Below are positions 26,906-39,436 of a DNA stretch of 64,000 bases, piece by piece (positions within the stretch are counted from its first letter, which is position 1; every line of letters starts with the position of its first letter). The notes under the pieces were generated by a model. It was not told the DNA's origin and did no database searches. It worked only from the letters and a program-made list of their open reading frames with translations. The position numbers were made by a program, and so were the translations under genes. The DNA comes from Camelus dromedarius (taxonomy: Eukaryota): positions 54,624,001-54,688,000 of the forward strand of contig NC_087436.1 in assembly GCF_036321535.1 (NCBI RefSeq). The letters are read 5' to 3'.

Positions 26906-28012
26906 ACAAATTACTGATTCAGACACATGACCTTTTTCAAAGTAGTGCCCTGAGTAGTATACCTAGTCCAAAGTGACTGTCATTGCTTGAAATCTGCTAT
27001 GAACTTTGCTTTGGAACAGATCATAAGGCACCCCAAGAAATCAGTATCTTCCCCTTGGGGCCACATTATCTGACTGTAATCACAACATTTTACCCTTTGT
27101 TCACACAAATTTTATTTAACCAAATTGACGTATGGCTATTTATTTTTAAACTACCAAAAGTCCATTTAAAGAATAAACATCTAAGATAATAAAAATGTAT
27201 TACATCCTCCAAAGATCATTCTCAAATCATAACGCTGTTTTCAGAAACAGAGCCCTACATTTCTAGCCTCTCAGCTTCTGAAGGAAAGAAGATATTCCCC
27301 TCAAATAATTGAAGCCAACGGGGAACTGAATCTAACCAGAAGTACAAGACTTAAACAAAAATAAAACATAAATTCCTCAGGCCCCAATACCAACAGCTTG
27401 AGAGAAGAAGAGGCCTAACGTCCAGAAGAACACTATACACTTGTCCCCAGTCCCAGGGGAAGACTCCCCAGCTACATGGAAGAGAGCAGAGATCATCACT
27501 GTGACAACCACCAGGAACAAGATCCAAACACCTCTACCCATTGCATCTTGGTATCGGAGAGTCAAAGGAAAGCAATGCATCGAGCACCGGATGAAACAAT
27601 GCTTTACTTACACAGAGAAGGCACGGAGCAGGATCAGCTTCTATAGTGTGGGTCGGCTCCCTACGGCCCGCAGGTCTCTTTCAGCAGCCAAAGTGGAGCA
27701 GTTCTCCTATGCGCATCCCTCTCACGCTGCAGTGGAAGAGTCCCTCCCTGTGAAGGGCAGATATAGCAGTGAGTTGAACAAGTGCCCTACGGCACACACA
27801 TTTGAACAGAACCAAAGACGCTTGCTGAGCTTGAAATAGGGAAAGATACTTACACACAAGTGATCAGTGGTGCAGGCTGTGTGGGCCTTTTTTTTTTCCA
27901 AGTCTTTTTTTTAAATTTTTCTTTTAACCGAATGAAAGATTCTTTACATCCTATAGTGCTTTACAATTTTCAAAAGTTTCATACACATGATTTCACATAA
28001 TCCCATAGTAAC

Positions 28013-28622
28013 CCTTTTTTCTCTTTTTATCCCCAGCCCCACCCCTGTATTGACCCTCCCACCTTCCCTCTCCCCACTGGTAACCACAAGTTTGTTCTCT
28101 ATGTCTGTAAATCTACTTTTGTTTTATTTACTATTTTGTTGTATTTTTTAGATTCTACATATAAGTGATACCGTACAGTATTTGTCTTTCTCTGACTTAC
28201 TTATTTCACTTAGCGTAATGCCCTCTATGTCCACCCATGTTGCTGAAGAGGGCAAAATTTCATTCACTTTTGTGGCTGAGTAGTATTCCATTGTGTGTGT
28301 GTGTGTGAGCATATATATATATATGTGTGTGTGTGTGTGATGATATATATATATATGTATCATCTTTATCTAGTCATCTGTTGATGGACACATTGCTTTT
28401 ATACCTTTGTAATTGTAAATAATGCTGCTATGAACAACAGAGTGCATGTATCATTTCAAATTAGTGTTTTTGTTTTGTTAGTTTGTTTTGGATAGATACC
28501 CAGGAATGAAACTGCTGGATTGTATAGTAGTTCTATTTTTAGTTTTTTGAGAAATCCCCAGTTTTCCAAAATGACTACACCAATTTATATTTCCACCAAC
28601 AGGGAAGGAAGCTTCCCTTTCT
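28013..28622 (-). mobile_element. L1 fragment (ORF2 end plus part of 3' UTR), truncated at both ends, inside an apparent MIR
   Basis: ccccactggtaaccacaagtttgttctctatg…ttagattctacatataagtgata…; ORF 28148-28363(-) gives MEYYSA…WVDIEGITLSEISKSEKDKY. Confidence 0.9.
28292..28360. repeat. Compound (TG)n(TA)n microsatellite, two units
   Basis: (tg)~8 agc (at)~7 (gt)~8 gatg (at)~7, read directly. Confidence 0.95.
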
Positions 28623-28789
28623 GTTGGTGAGGAAGTGTTCTAGGCCCAAGAGCCATTCTTATGAGGCTGAGGAGGGGGTCAAAAGACTGTAAACACGAGA
28701 CTCCCTTTCCCAAGACACAAACTTTTCTAGGTGGCAAATACTATTTATTTAATGTCCTACTTTGGTGGTTGTTGTTTTTACACACAATT

Positions 28790-29440
28790 ACTGTCATGTG
28801 ACAAAAACTTGTAAGACACAAAGTTTAAAAAAAGTTAAAAGAGGAAAGAGTCAAAATGAGACTTAGAGATGGCCCAGTTGTTGAAATTTTCAGTCAGACT
28901 TTAAATAACTATGAGAAATAATGTTAAGTGTTCTAGAGGAAAGATTAGCAACTTAAAGGAATAGAGAGAGATGTAAACTACACAAGAACCAAATGAGATT
29001 CCTAGAGATAAAATAATATATAAACGATAAAGAATTAATTTGATGAGTGAATGTGGTCTGGGCATAGGCGGAGAAAGATTTAGTGAACTTGAATTGATAA
29101 TCACTCATCAAATCTGAAACCCGTGAACACAGACACAAAATCCATAACAAAATATATTGAATCAAATCAAGCCGTACATAAAAAGGATAATCCATCATGA
29201 TTAAGCAAAGTTTATCTCAGAAATGGTAAGTTGCTCAGCACTAACATTTTTTTTTTACCAAGAAAAAATCATAAATTAACCTCAAAAGACTCAGAACAGA
29301 CATTTGATAAAATTTAGCAATCATTTTAATAACAACTTTCAGCAAATGAGAAATAAAAGGAAACTTCCTCAGTCTAATTTAGGGCATCTATGAAAAACCT
29401 ACAGCCATCATCATACTGGGCATAATGCAAGGATGCAGGC
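28790..29440 (+). mobile_element. Old L1M fragments (ORF1 start joined to ORF2 RT region)
   Basis: gactttaaataactatg…gaaagatttagtgaacttgaa (ORF1-like), then aaggataatccatcatga…catttgataaaatt…ctatgaaaaacctacagc (RT-like). Confidence 0.7.
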
Positions 29441-29629
29441 TGACCACTGTTATAACATAATGCTGTTATCTAATATTGGAATCACAGGTTCTCACCAAGT
29501 AAGCTAAGGTATCCTTGTCCAGGGAAGTCCTAACCTTTACATGTCTTTTTCTCTCTCACTAGCATTTGAAGATAAATATACAGTAGTGATAGTTTCAAAC
29601 TGTGGTGTCCTTCAAGGTCTCAGGACATC

Positions 29630-30800
29630 ATTTGTTTTATTTATTCAGAGTCTACTACGTGTCAGGCACTGTGCTAGGTGATCAGGAATCATTTATATTT
29701 CTTCTCCTTAAAGACCATACAGACAGATGGAAGAGGTAAAATAGAAATTTACATAGTTGACGATGTCTTCTGCAGAGATAAAAACAGGCTGCCACCGGCA
29801 CCTAGGGAGGCATTAACCTAGCCTGGGAAGGAGAGGCCGGGGGAAGTGGGCAAAGTCTTCCAAGAGAGGTGAATATTAATCCTCAGATTTGACTGCGATC
29901 CAGTAGTTTCTTGCTGTAAGGTAGCAAGTCACAAGCACCAAATCCCATGTAGCTATAGAAGAATTTCCTAGGGACCTCATGTGTACTGGGCCTTCTTTGT
30001 CAGCAAAAGCTGGAGACAACACATATTCATTTATTCCTACTTGAGAGCAAGGGAGTGTGTATCCTGCTGCAGCCGAGCCAAGGCTCAGTTTGCACTGCAA
30101 CACACACTTGGACCTTCCTTTAACCCTGGGAATGTGTGTGCCCGCTCATCTGATCAGTCCTTCCTGGTTTTGGTCCTAGTTCGTCTGGAAGCATCTGACT
30201 TGCTCATAATTTTGTGTATTCACTGTTCCCAATTCATGTATCTAGAGAAGGCTGGATAACGGGCAGATGCTAACACATTTACATGTTCCCACAGAAAAGA
30301 AAGGGAAGTGAAGAGGTGTTTTGACAGGAGTAACAAAAGCAAAGGCTGGAAGGTAAGGAAGGCATGGCTTTTTCAGGAACTTCTAGTGTTTCAGAATGAA
30401 TGAATTTTGAGTGGCCAGCGTGGGAGGGAGGGGAGAAGGGTGGAACTGAAAAGGGATGCAGGGGCAAGGCCATAAAAGACTAGATGTCACACTGGGGAGT
30501 TAAAATTTTTCTGTCCTTTAGGCCAGCAGAGAACTATTGAAGGGTTTTAAGACAGGAATGGTGTCACTGCATGATTCAGTTTTGTTTTAAGAAATATTAT
30601 CCTGGTGACAATGTGAAAAGTGAACTTCAGGGGGCAAGACAGGAGTCTTGGAAACCATTTAGGAAATTGTTAGCATAGTGGACTGCAAAATGATGACGCC
30701 ATAATTCAAGGTGCTGGTGCTCTGGTGGAAGCAAGGGGACAGATTGGAGAGGTTGAACAGAGAGCACTTAGCGTTAATTGGACATGAGGAGAGACATAGG
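29630..30800 (-). mobile_element. L2 fragments (29630-29880 and ~30290-30800)
   Basis: tcaggcactgtgctaggtg…; gaactattgaagggttttaagacagga…ggaaaccatttaggaaattgttagcatag. Confidence 0.65.
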
Positions 30801-31539
30801 GTGATTATGCTCTAGCCCTTCCTCCTCCATCATTCATCAAAGGACGTTTCTGTAGCACTGTGTTACTCTCCTGTGTTTCCTACTTCTTCACCAAGGATGT
30901 ATTTCTCAATTACCTTGTTAAAGGCCTGAAAATGTTCATCCATTTATAATGTTTTTGATTGTCAGTTCCTAAGACAGCAAAAAGAAAATGTATCTTTGAA
31001 CAAACTATCACATCACTTTCCAGCAAAAAGCCTTGAACACAATACTCAAGTATAAATAAGATAAAACACAAGATACAATTTTCATCTATTATGATACAGC
31101 TTTACATGTTTATTTCAGTGGAAACTTGAATGAAAAGAAACCTAAGGAAAGAAGTATTTTAAATCATTTTCAGGCTAACCCTTAGTTAACCAGAATTTTC
31201 TCTTTATATCGATATTCATTATTGAAAATCTTAACATGAAAATCCCTTGCTTTACTAACTGTATCATACCAAATGTAATTTAATTTTTGATGAGTCAAGG
31301 TTATTTCTGTACTCTAAGTCATTATTATAAATATCAATGATTAATCACCCTTCAACCCACTCTATATTCAGTAATGACTTGGTTCATTAAGCATATCAAA
31401 GGAAGAGTTAGATGAGGTTCTTTAAGAAATGAATAAGTTAGTATAGAAAATAGCAGTTTCAAGGGAGAAATTTTAGGGTTAGCTTTCAGGAACACTGTGG
31501 AATTTACACAATGCATGTGGTCAAGGCGGGAGTGGGGGG

Positions 31540-32400
31540 TGGGGAGGCGCAGTGGTACAAAGGCCTCAAGGAAGGGGCCTGGCTCCTGTGTTCAAGGACG
31601 AGCAAGGGAGTGAGTATGGCTAGAATTGAGTGAGCCAGGAGATGAGATATAGGGGTGAGGTCTAGGGGATAGCCAGCTCTGGTGGCTTTAAAACATAATT
31701 CTCAAAGTCTTTTGACACTCCCCTCATGGAGAGGAGGCGCCTAGGTCTACTGACTGACTAGCGATGTGGCTGAAGTTACGCTGTGCCAGTTTCTAGGTCC
31801 ACTCAGACCTAGTGTCATCAGAAGAAACTGGCACCTTCTGCTTATTGTTCCCTGGGATGCTTCCTCTGGGGACAGAACTGCCAGGCTACGAGAAGTGCAG
31901 GCCATGTGGAGGGGCTGCGTGTGCACTGCAGCTAACAGACCACTGACAGCCAGGATTAGTTGTCAGACTTCTAACTGATACTCCAGCCCCCACCACCACT
32001 CCGGAGAGGACCTGAGAAAGAACCACGAGCGAAAACAATAAAAAGATCACTGTGGGGTACTCTGTTACACAGCAACGGCTCATCACAACACCAAGTTCTA
32101 TATCCAGTGAGGCTTTTTAGGCCATTGGGAAGCCTTCACCCTGAGTGATAGGGACTGCCAATTTGAGCTAAAGATTGATAGGACTTGATTTCTATTTTAA
32201 AAGGATCCCTGTAGGCACGGGTTTGATAAAACACTGCAAAGGAAAGGGGCAGAGCCAAGGCAGTTATGCTGCTGATGTAACTGAGGTGTGAGTTCACAGT
32301 GTTTTGGTCTAAGGTGGTAGCAGGGAAGTGGGTGAGATCAGGTCACTGGCAGGATGTATCTTGAGAGACTTAACAGGATTTCTGAAAACATTCATGTGGG
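31540..32400 (-). mobile_element. L2 fragment split by an MLT1 LTR
   Basis: caaaggcc…gtgttcaaggacgagcaagg… resumes after ~32095 (taggccattgg…ttttaaaaggatccct…). Confidence 0.6.
31679..32092 (+). mobile_element. MaLR LTR (MLT1F/G/H-like)
   Basis: ctttgacactcccctcatggagagg…tggctgaagttacgctgtgccagtttctagg…tgttacacagcaa. Confidence 0.65.
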
Positions 32401-34554
32401 TGTGGTCCATTTTTATAAGCTTATTCTCCCAAGAGTGATCCTGATTTATAAATATTTTCCTCTCAGTACAGAGCACGGTATTTACATTAGTTTTGCCTCA
32501 TTTCAGTCTATTCATTAACACATTTGAAGGGAATATTGGAACAATAGGCACTTGCTGTTTCTGTACATTCTGTTTCACCCTATGGAACGTGTTTCACCTG
32601 TCACTGGTGGCCACTTTTACAGCTTTCTTTAAACTTCCCCAAATAAGTGATCCCTCCTCCCTCTTTGTTTAAAGTAAGATAAACGAAAATTAGAGAAAGA
32701 GTGGACTGAATGTTACCTGGAGCCCACCTAGATCTTTTCAGCTGATATCTGTCACCTAGGGAAAGATTTAACTAGATGGCTACTGTTCTCACCGTTACAC
32801 TGAATAATTTTATTTCAGTGGATTATCCTGTCTTATAAAAAGAAATATAAAAGTAAGTCCTATGGGAATCCATGCATACTTTGTAGCAGCTTCCACATTT
32901 TTGTTACACTCTTGTAAAAATACAGCATGTCAAATATGCATTAAAAGAAAGTTTTCTTTATATGAATAATTTGTTCAAAAATGATGAAAAATGAGTTTAG
33001 GGTAAGGGCATAGGAGGTAAAAATGATGAAATAGTGCAAAAGTGATATAAAACAACAGAAAGGAAGGATTCAGGGATTCTGGTTATGAATGTGTTTAGCG
33101 AAGGAGAGCTGATGAAATTATGAGTTGTCATCAAAAATATGTCAGCCATGAGACCAACTGATCACAAGCTGCCCTCCAACACTGAGGGGCCAGCATGTGT
33201 CACATCCATCTGAGCTCAGTTTGTCTCATGCAGCCTGAAGGTCTCAGCTGTGTCACTAGTCATTCACACAACTTTAAGGCACAATTTCCATAGGAAGAGA
33301 ACCACCAGGCTACCTGGTACTGCCTAATTTTGCTGGATGAGAACTGAAAATTCAACCCATAAGACACCAAATGTGAGCCAAACAGAAAGTGCCCTTCACC
33401 CACAACTTGCATCCAAAAGCATTAATCATGGAGGGTGGGAAAGTAATATTTTTACTTTGAATTTGCATTTAAAGATAAGACTGACTATCAGAATTTCTAC
33501 AGGATTATAAATAAAAGGCAAATGTGATGCCTGATTGTAACAGCTGCTAGACCATTTGCAACTCCATTTCACAGGATAAGAAATGAAGCATGAAAATATA
33601 GTAGAGGCACCTTCAGAAAGTCACATGAAGAATCTTTTGAAATTATAACCTAATTAAGCCTCTGGGAAGAGAATGTCTTGCCAAATGCAGGTATTCATCT
33701 ATCATATTCTGAAATATCACTTCTTCTCTTTATTATTCAAGTGTATTCACTGAGAACAAGCTTTGTAATACTCGTCAATCAAGAAAAAAAGCGAAGCACC
33801 ATACGGTGGGAAGAATTAAGAGTTTTAGACCACCCTCGGTCACTAACACATAAACCTGGACAACTCATGACCTGCCTGATCAGTTTCCCCACCAGCAAAA
33901 CTGCAGTTTAAATACCTCTTCCCACACTCCTCCTCCAGCCGCTGTTTTGTTTTTTAGGTTGGCTCACCCTAGACTGTGGTGGGGAAATGCAGATCTTGGT
34001 CCTTTTGATTTGCACATGTGCCCAGCATCTCTGGGGCCTTCACTTATGGTGATGCTGACCTCCAGAACTCCTCCTCTCTCAGGCACAAACTGTCCACGGG
34101 AGTTAGTGGAGAGGTGGAGGTCATCCTCCTTGTCATCAGATTCCTTCAAAGAAAACTAAGACCATAACGCCAAGACAGCAGGGCCAAAGGACTGTATTAC
34201 TGAAGGACTAGGGTACATTACAAGGGCTATTATGATGGAAGAGGCCAAAATCAACACCATGCACTAAGTATCTTCTCCAGAGTGAGGCTGCACTGGGAAA
34301 AGTACTGTCCTGGAGTGCATCTCCCTTCTTAGCCAGGCTTCCTCACCCTCAGGTTCCAGAGGATGACAGAGGTGAGAACTAGGGAAGACGCTTTGTGTTT
34401 CAGGCTCCTTCAGAAAGAGTGGAGATGGATCTTTCAGGCCCCATCACTAGTGCATCAGTGTAACTGCAGGACTGCTCATCTCTAGAGTCTTTACTTCTAA
34501 ATGTTAGAATGGCTGCATATGTTGAATTATCATTACACGCATAGCTTCCCAAAG

Positions 34555-34790
34555 TTTCATTCACTCATTCATATTTCAAATATTAAATGAGAGCCTCCTC
34601 TCTGCCAGACTAATAGTGAAACAGTAAACCAGCCATTTAAGCAAGAAAATCTTAAATTGTGATTAGTGCTCTTAAGCAATGAAATAGGGAGATGAGTGAA
34701 AGCTGCATAGAAGGGGCCCTACTTTAGGTAAGAAAATCGAGAAGGTCTCTGAGCAAATAACATCTGGGCTGAGATTTTGTCTATGAAGAT
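34555..34790 (-). mobile_element. L2 3' fragment
   Basis: ttcattcactcattc…gagcctcctctctgccag…gaaggtctctgagcaaataacatctgggctgag. Confidence 0.55.
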
Positions 34791-34794
34791 AATT

Positions 34795-35090
34795 GTATCT
34801 ACCTGGAAAGTTTTTGTTGAGCATTAAATGAGATAATTTGTGCAAAATGAGTACCACTGCATGGCTCATCATTAGCATGCAATCAATATTAGCAGACTTT
34901 ATCCTGTTATTTTTATCAGTGATCATAACAGCCTGGCAAGATGGGCAGAGAGACTATTGGTTTACTTTATAGATGAGGAAACTAACTCAGAGAGGTTAAA
35001 AGACTTTTCTGTGGCTGCACAACTTGTAAATGCTACAGCCAAAACTCAAACCCCAGTCTTTTGACTATTATTCCAAAGCATTTTCAACAC
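34795..35090. mobile_element. Two adjacent MIRs in opposite orientation
   Basis: gagcattaaatgagataat (+) followed by ttatagatgaggaaactaactcagagaggttaa (-). Confidence 0.7.
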
Positions 35091-35155
35091 ACACTGTCAT
35101 ATCACTTGGGAGCAACACCTCTTTGTCTGGCCATCTCTCTATTCACTTAACGACT

Positions 35156-35570
35156 TGTATTAGTCAGGGTTCTCCAGAGAAAAAAAACCAAAAGGATAAA
35201 TAAATTTAGATTTATCTCCTATCCTATGTTCTTTGTCACTCTCTATACACACACACACACATAGTAACTAAATAAGAACCAATAGGATTAATATATAGAT
35301 ACAGGTAAATCCCTATATCCCAGCAAGAGGAGTAGATGTTGTAGACTTGAGTTGGAAGTTCAATCTAGAGGGAGAAAGCCTTCCTTTTGTCTCTTAAAGC
35401 CTTCAACCGACTGGATGAGGAACACCCACATTATGGAGGGTAACTGCTTTACTCAAAGCCTACTGATTTAAATGTTAATCACATCTAAAAAATACCTTCA
35501 CAGCAGTATCTAAACTGATATTGCCAAAAAACTGGACACCCTCATCTAGTCGCATTGATATATAAAAGGA
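35156..35570 (-). mobile_element. MLT2 (ERVL) LTR with internal deletion
   Basis: tgtattagtcagggttctccagag…gactggatgaggaacacccacattatggagggtaa…ctactgatttaaatgttaatc. Confidence 0.88.
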
Positions 35571-36239
35571 TATACCTACCTGCCTACCTACAAACCTAGG
35601 AGTTTTGTCATGGGATTACATTAAGCTACTGGATAACAAGGAGCTCTTTCTTAGTTTTTGGCAGTGGGTTTGGGAGGTGCAGGCAGACTGAGATTCCTGG
35701 TAAGCATTCTCCTGTGGATGCTCCTTGATAGAATGTGCTTCTCATTCTAAATTATAAATCATTATAAATCATATTTTTAGCTCCCTGCATTACAGTGAAT
35801 ATGCACCAGTGTTCCAGGTATCTGGTAAAACTATTTCTTTTCATTTAGCTCAGCTGAACAAAGTGCTTTCACAAAATAATTTTCCACAAGCTCATTCTAA
35901 CATTACAGTATCAAAGAGAGAACTCCAAGAGGAGAAAAGTAGTCTTCCCTTTGTGTATCTGAGGGTATGGGTTTGATTCACGGTCATTCACTGAATTATA
36001 TAAAACAAATTCTGCAAATATTTGATTGTCAAAGTAAGATATTTTTGTTCCAGTTCCACTCATTGTTTCTGTAATATAATGCCTAGATATTTAAGGTAAT
36101 CTGCAATGATGTATAGAATATATATTAATTTATGTACATAAATATTATTTGGAATTGTGAAAATGGAACACAAACTAATAATATGCAGATGACTAAATAT
36201 ATTAGAGCATATTTTTCAGTCCTTCAAAATGAGACTATT

Positions 36240-36510
36240 TTTAAAGACACGGGAAATTGCATATATATATTTATGCAATTAAAGGAGAATTCTCTATTTC
36301 TGTCTATATCTCAATTATGTAAAAAAAATGCATAGACTGGAAGGATATTTACCTAAAAATAGACAATTATCTATAATGACTTATCTCTAGATTGAAGCAG
36401 TATAAATGATTTTTTGCTTCTTTATATAATCTTTATTACAATTAGCTTTTATGCCATACTTGTACACTTTTATAAGAAAAAATTAAAAATTAGCCTACAA
36501 TTAAAAATAA
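36240..36510 (+). mobile_element. Old L1ME-like 3' end
   Basis: agactggaaggatattt…atgattttttgcttctttata…tacacttttataagaaaa. Confidence 0.5.
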
Positions 36511-37059
36511 AAAGGAAAAAATCCCCTAAGTATCCTAGTTCCATGGTGAGCCTAAGTGGTATGTTTGTGGCATACGATCTTTTTAATGCTCAGTCTTTTA
36601 TACACTAATAAGAAAAACACAGCAATATGCCTAGTCCATTCCATTGGCTATCAGACTTTCATCATTTAACTTAGGAGAGAAATTCTCGGAAAAAGTAAAA
36701 CTATATCTCAGTTTCAATTTGTGCCTCTAGATCCTCATATTATGAAGCTTCTCTTAAAACTGATGAGCAGTTTGTGTGACTGTGCTCACATTGTCTCCCT
36801 GCCTGGAAAGCTCACATCTTCTCTCTCATTCACTTTGGTCTACCTTCAAGGTCCTGAACAAGATTTGACACCTCCAGGAAGTTCTCTCGGATCACTGAAG
36901 CCCGGAGTAATCTTTCTTTCTCATACATTAATTGTAAGAGTTAACTCTCCACTTGGACCCTTGACTCCATCTCTGCTCTCTTCCATTAATTGTCTTTTAT
37001 TTCCATTAACCTTCCTTTAAATTTACCAGTGAGCCTTTTTCTCAAAAAACTTATTATTA

Positions 37060-37620
37060 AAAGCACCATTCTTAGCATTAGTTTTATTATTAGAGCAACA
37101 TATACAAACTAGAACCAGCCAAAAGGAGAGATACATAGGGCAAAATTGGGGAAAGTTCCAAATGCAAAGTTTCCAGGGATGTTACCTTCTTAGAATCAAA
37201 GTGTGACAATACTCAAAAAGTATTCTCAACCAGGGTACTTCACCCAGGCTGCGGTGTCCAAAGTTTTCATTGAGTCTTCATTCTGTGAGCGTGACTGATC
37301 AAAACATTGGCCGTGTGGCTGAATTCAATCTCCATGCTCCCTACACGCCTCAGAGTTAGGATTGAAATCACCTGGCTCAAAACTCTCCAATCTCATGATT
37401 GGTCCTTCTGGCATGGCCAACCCCTATTTTAAGTCACCTCATCACCATAAACTATCTAATGGGTACCATGAGTCACCTTGTTAGCATATACTATCAAATG
37501 TGGTTCAGGGGCCCACCCTGGACGATAAAGATACTCCTATCACTTGGGAAGCTCCAAGACTTTTGAGGTTATTTCCTAAGAACTGGGGACAAGGCCAGCC
37601 AAATCCTTTATTATACAATA
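37060..37620. mobile_element. MER21-like LTR
   Basis: cagccaaaaggagagatacataggg…tggctgaattcaatctcc…aaagatactcctatcacttggga…ggacaaggccagccaaatcctttattatacaa. Confidence 0.75.
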
Positions 37621-37979
37621 ATAAATGTTCAGATTTAACAACTTTCTTAGCAAGGGTAAGAAAATTTAGCTCCTTAGATTTCCATGCATACATTTTTAAA
37701 CCTAATGAGAAAAAAGGTCAGTGGCCATAGTTTATAAAGCATCTATATCTTCCTTCTTCATTACATTTATTAAAATAAATACAGCTTTCAAGTAATCAAA
37801 CACTGTTCATTCCCTAGGTTTTCATTTAAAACTTAAGGGGAAATCCTTTTTGCTAGCAAGCCATTAAAAAAAAAAAAAGGAAACACTTTTTGCTATCTGA
37901 ATTGAAATACTGAAAAACAAAAGAGTAAACCATAAGCTTAAGAGTAAGTGAAAACTTAAATTTAGGTCTTTGATCCATT

Positions 37980-39095
37980 TCAAGAGCTAATACTAGAAAG
38001 TTCTTAGGAAAAAAAAAGGAAAATCTTCATGACCTTGAATTTGGCAATGATTTTTCAAATGACATCAAAAATCACAAAGAAAAAAATAAACTGGACTTCA
38101 TCAAAATTAAAAACCATTGTGCATAAGAATGAAAAGACAACCCACAAAATGGGAGAAAACATTTTGCAAGTCATATCTAATGTGGTTTTAATATTGACAC
38201 TAAAAAACACCCACAACTTGACAGCAGAAGGAAAAAAACAATTCAATTATAAAATGGGCAAAGGACTTGGATAGACATTTCTCCAAAGAAAATATACAAA
38301 TGGTCAATAAAAAAATGAAAAGATAACATTACTAATAACTAGGGAAATACAAATCAACATCATAATGAAATACTACCTCACTCAGTAGGATGGCTTATTA
38401 TCATAAAACACAAAACAATAACCAAAAAAACCCCGGAAAGTATGTATTGGCAAGGATATGGAAAAATTGGAATTGCACTGTTGGTAGCAATGTGAAATGG
38501 TGCATCTGCTATAGAAAACAGTATGGTGGGTCCTCAAAAATAAAAAAATAGAATTATTTTAATAATAATTCTTCAAGTACACTTCTAGTTATATACCTGA
38601 AAGAATTGAAAATATGGACTCAGAGACATCTGTACACTTATATTCATAGTAACATTTTCACAAAAGCCAAAAGGTAAAAGAAACCCAAGTGCCTGTGAAC
38701 AGATTAGATAAACAAAATGTGACACACACACGTGATTCAGCAATCAAAAGGAATGATGTTTTGATGCACGCTACACATGGATGGACCCTGAAAACATTAT
38801 GCTAAGTGAAATAAGCCAGACACTAAAGAAAAACTATTGTCTAATTCCACTGATGAGGCATCTAGGATAAGCAAATTCTTAGGGACAGAAATTCTTACCA
38901 GCTGGGAGGAGGGGGCAGTAGGGAGTTACTGCTTAATGGTTACAGAGTTTTCATTTGAAATGATAATGAAGTTCTGGAAATAGATGGTAGTGACAGATAT
39001 ACAACATTGTGTGTGTACTTTATACCACGGAATTGTACAGATGGTTAAAATTTAATGTTTTATGTTATGTAAATTTTATCACAATTTAAAAAGAG
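37980..39095 (+). mobile_element. L1MB-like 3' ORF2 plus 3' UTR
   Basis: aaatcttcatgaccttgaatttggcaatg…aaaatgggcaaaggacttg…gaaaacattatgctaagtgaaataagccagac…ttatgttatgtaaattttatcacaattt. Confidence 0.9.
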
Positions 39096-39436
39096 TCAGT
39101 GAAGAGTGAAAAAAAAGAAGAATGTGTCATTGTTAAATAACTTGATACTAAGAACAAAACTTGAAGGTTGATAACTATAGGGTGGCTTTCAAACGGGCAA
39201 GAGAGGAAAAGAAAGTGATGTAATAAGTTATATGCTTTTCTGCTTTGAATTGTTACTGTTTAATCGAGAACTGCATGCCCTACTTTGGGCTGATGGAATC
39301 AGTTCTAAACAAAGATCACATAAATTACACAACCGAAAACTCCTTTGAGACATCATTTCCCCTAATTTAAAGATGTTTGTTTGTGGCCCCATGCAGCTGT
39401 CTATCAAATTATAATTTAGCTTATTGGAAGACTAGT

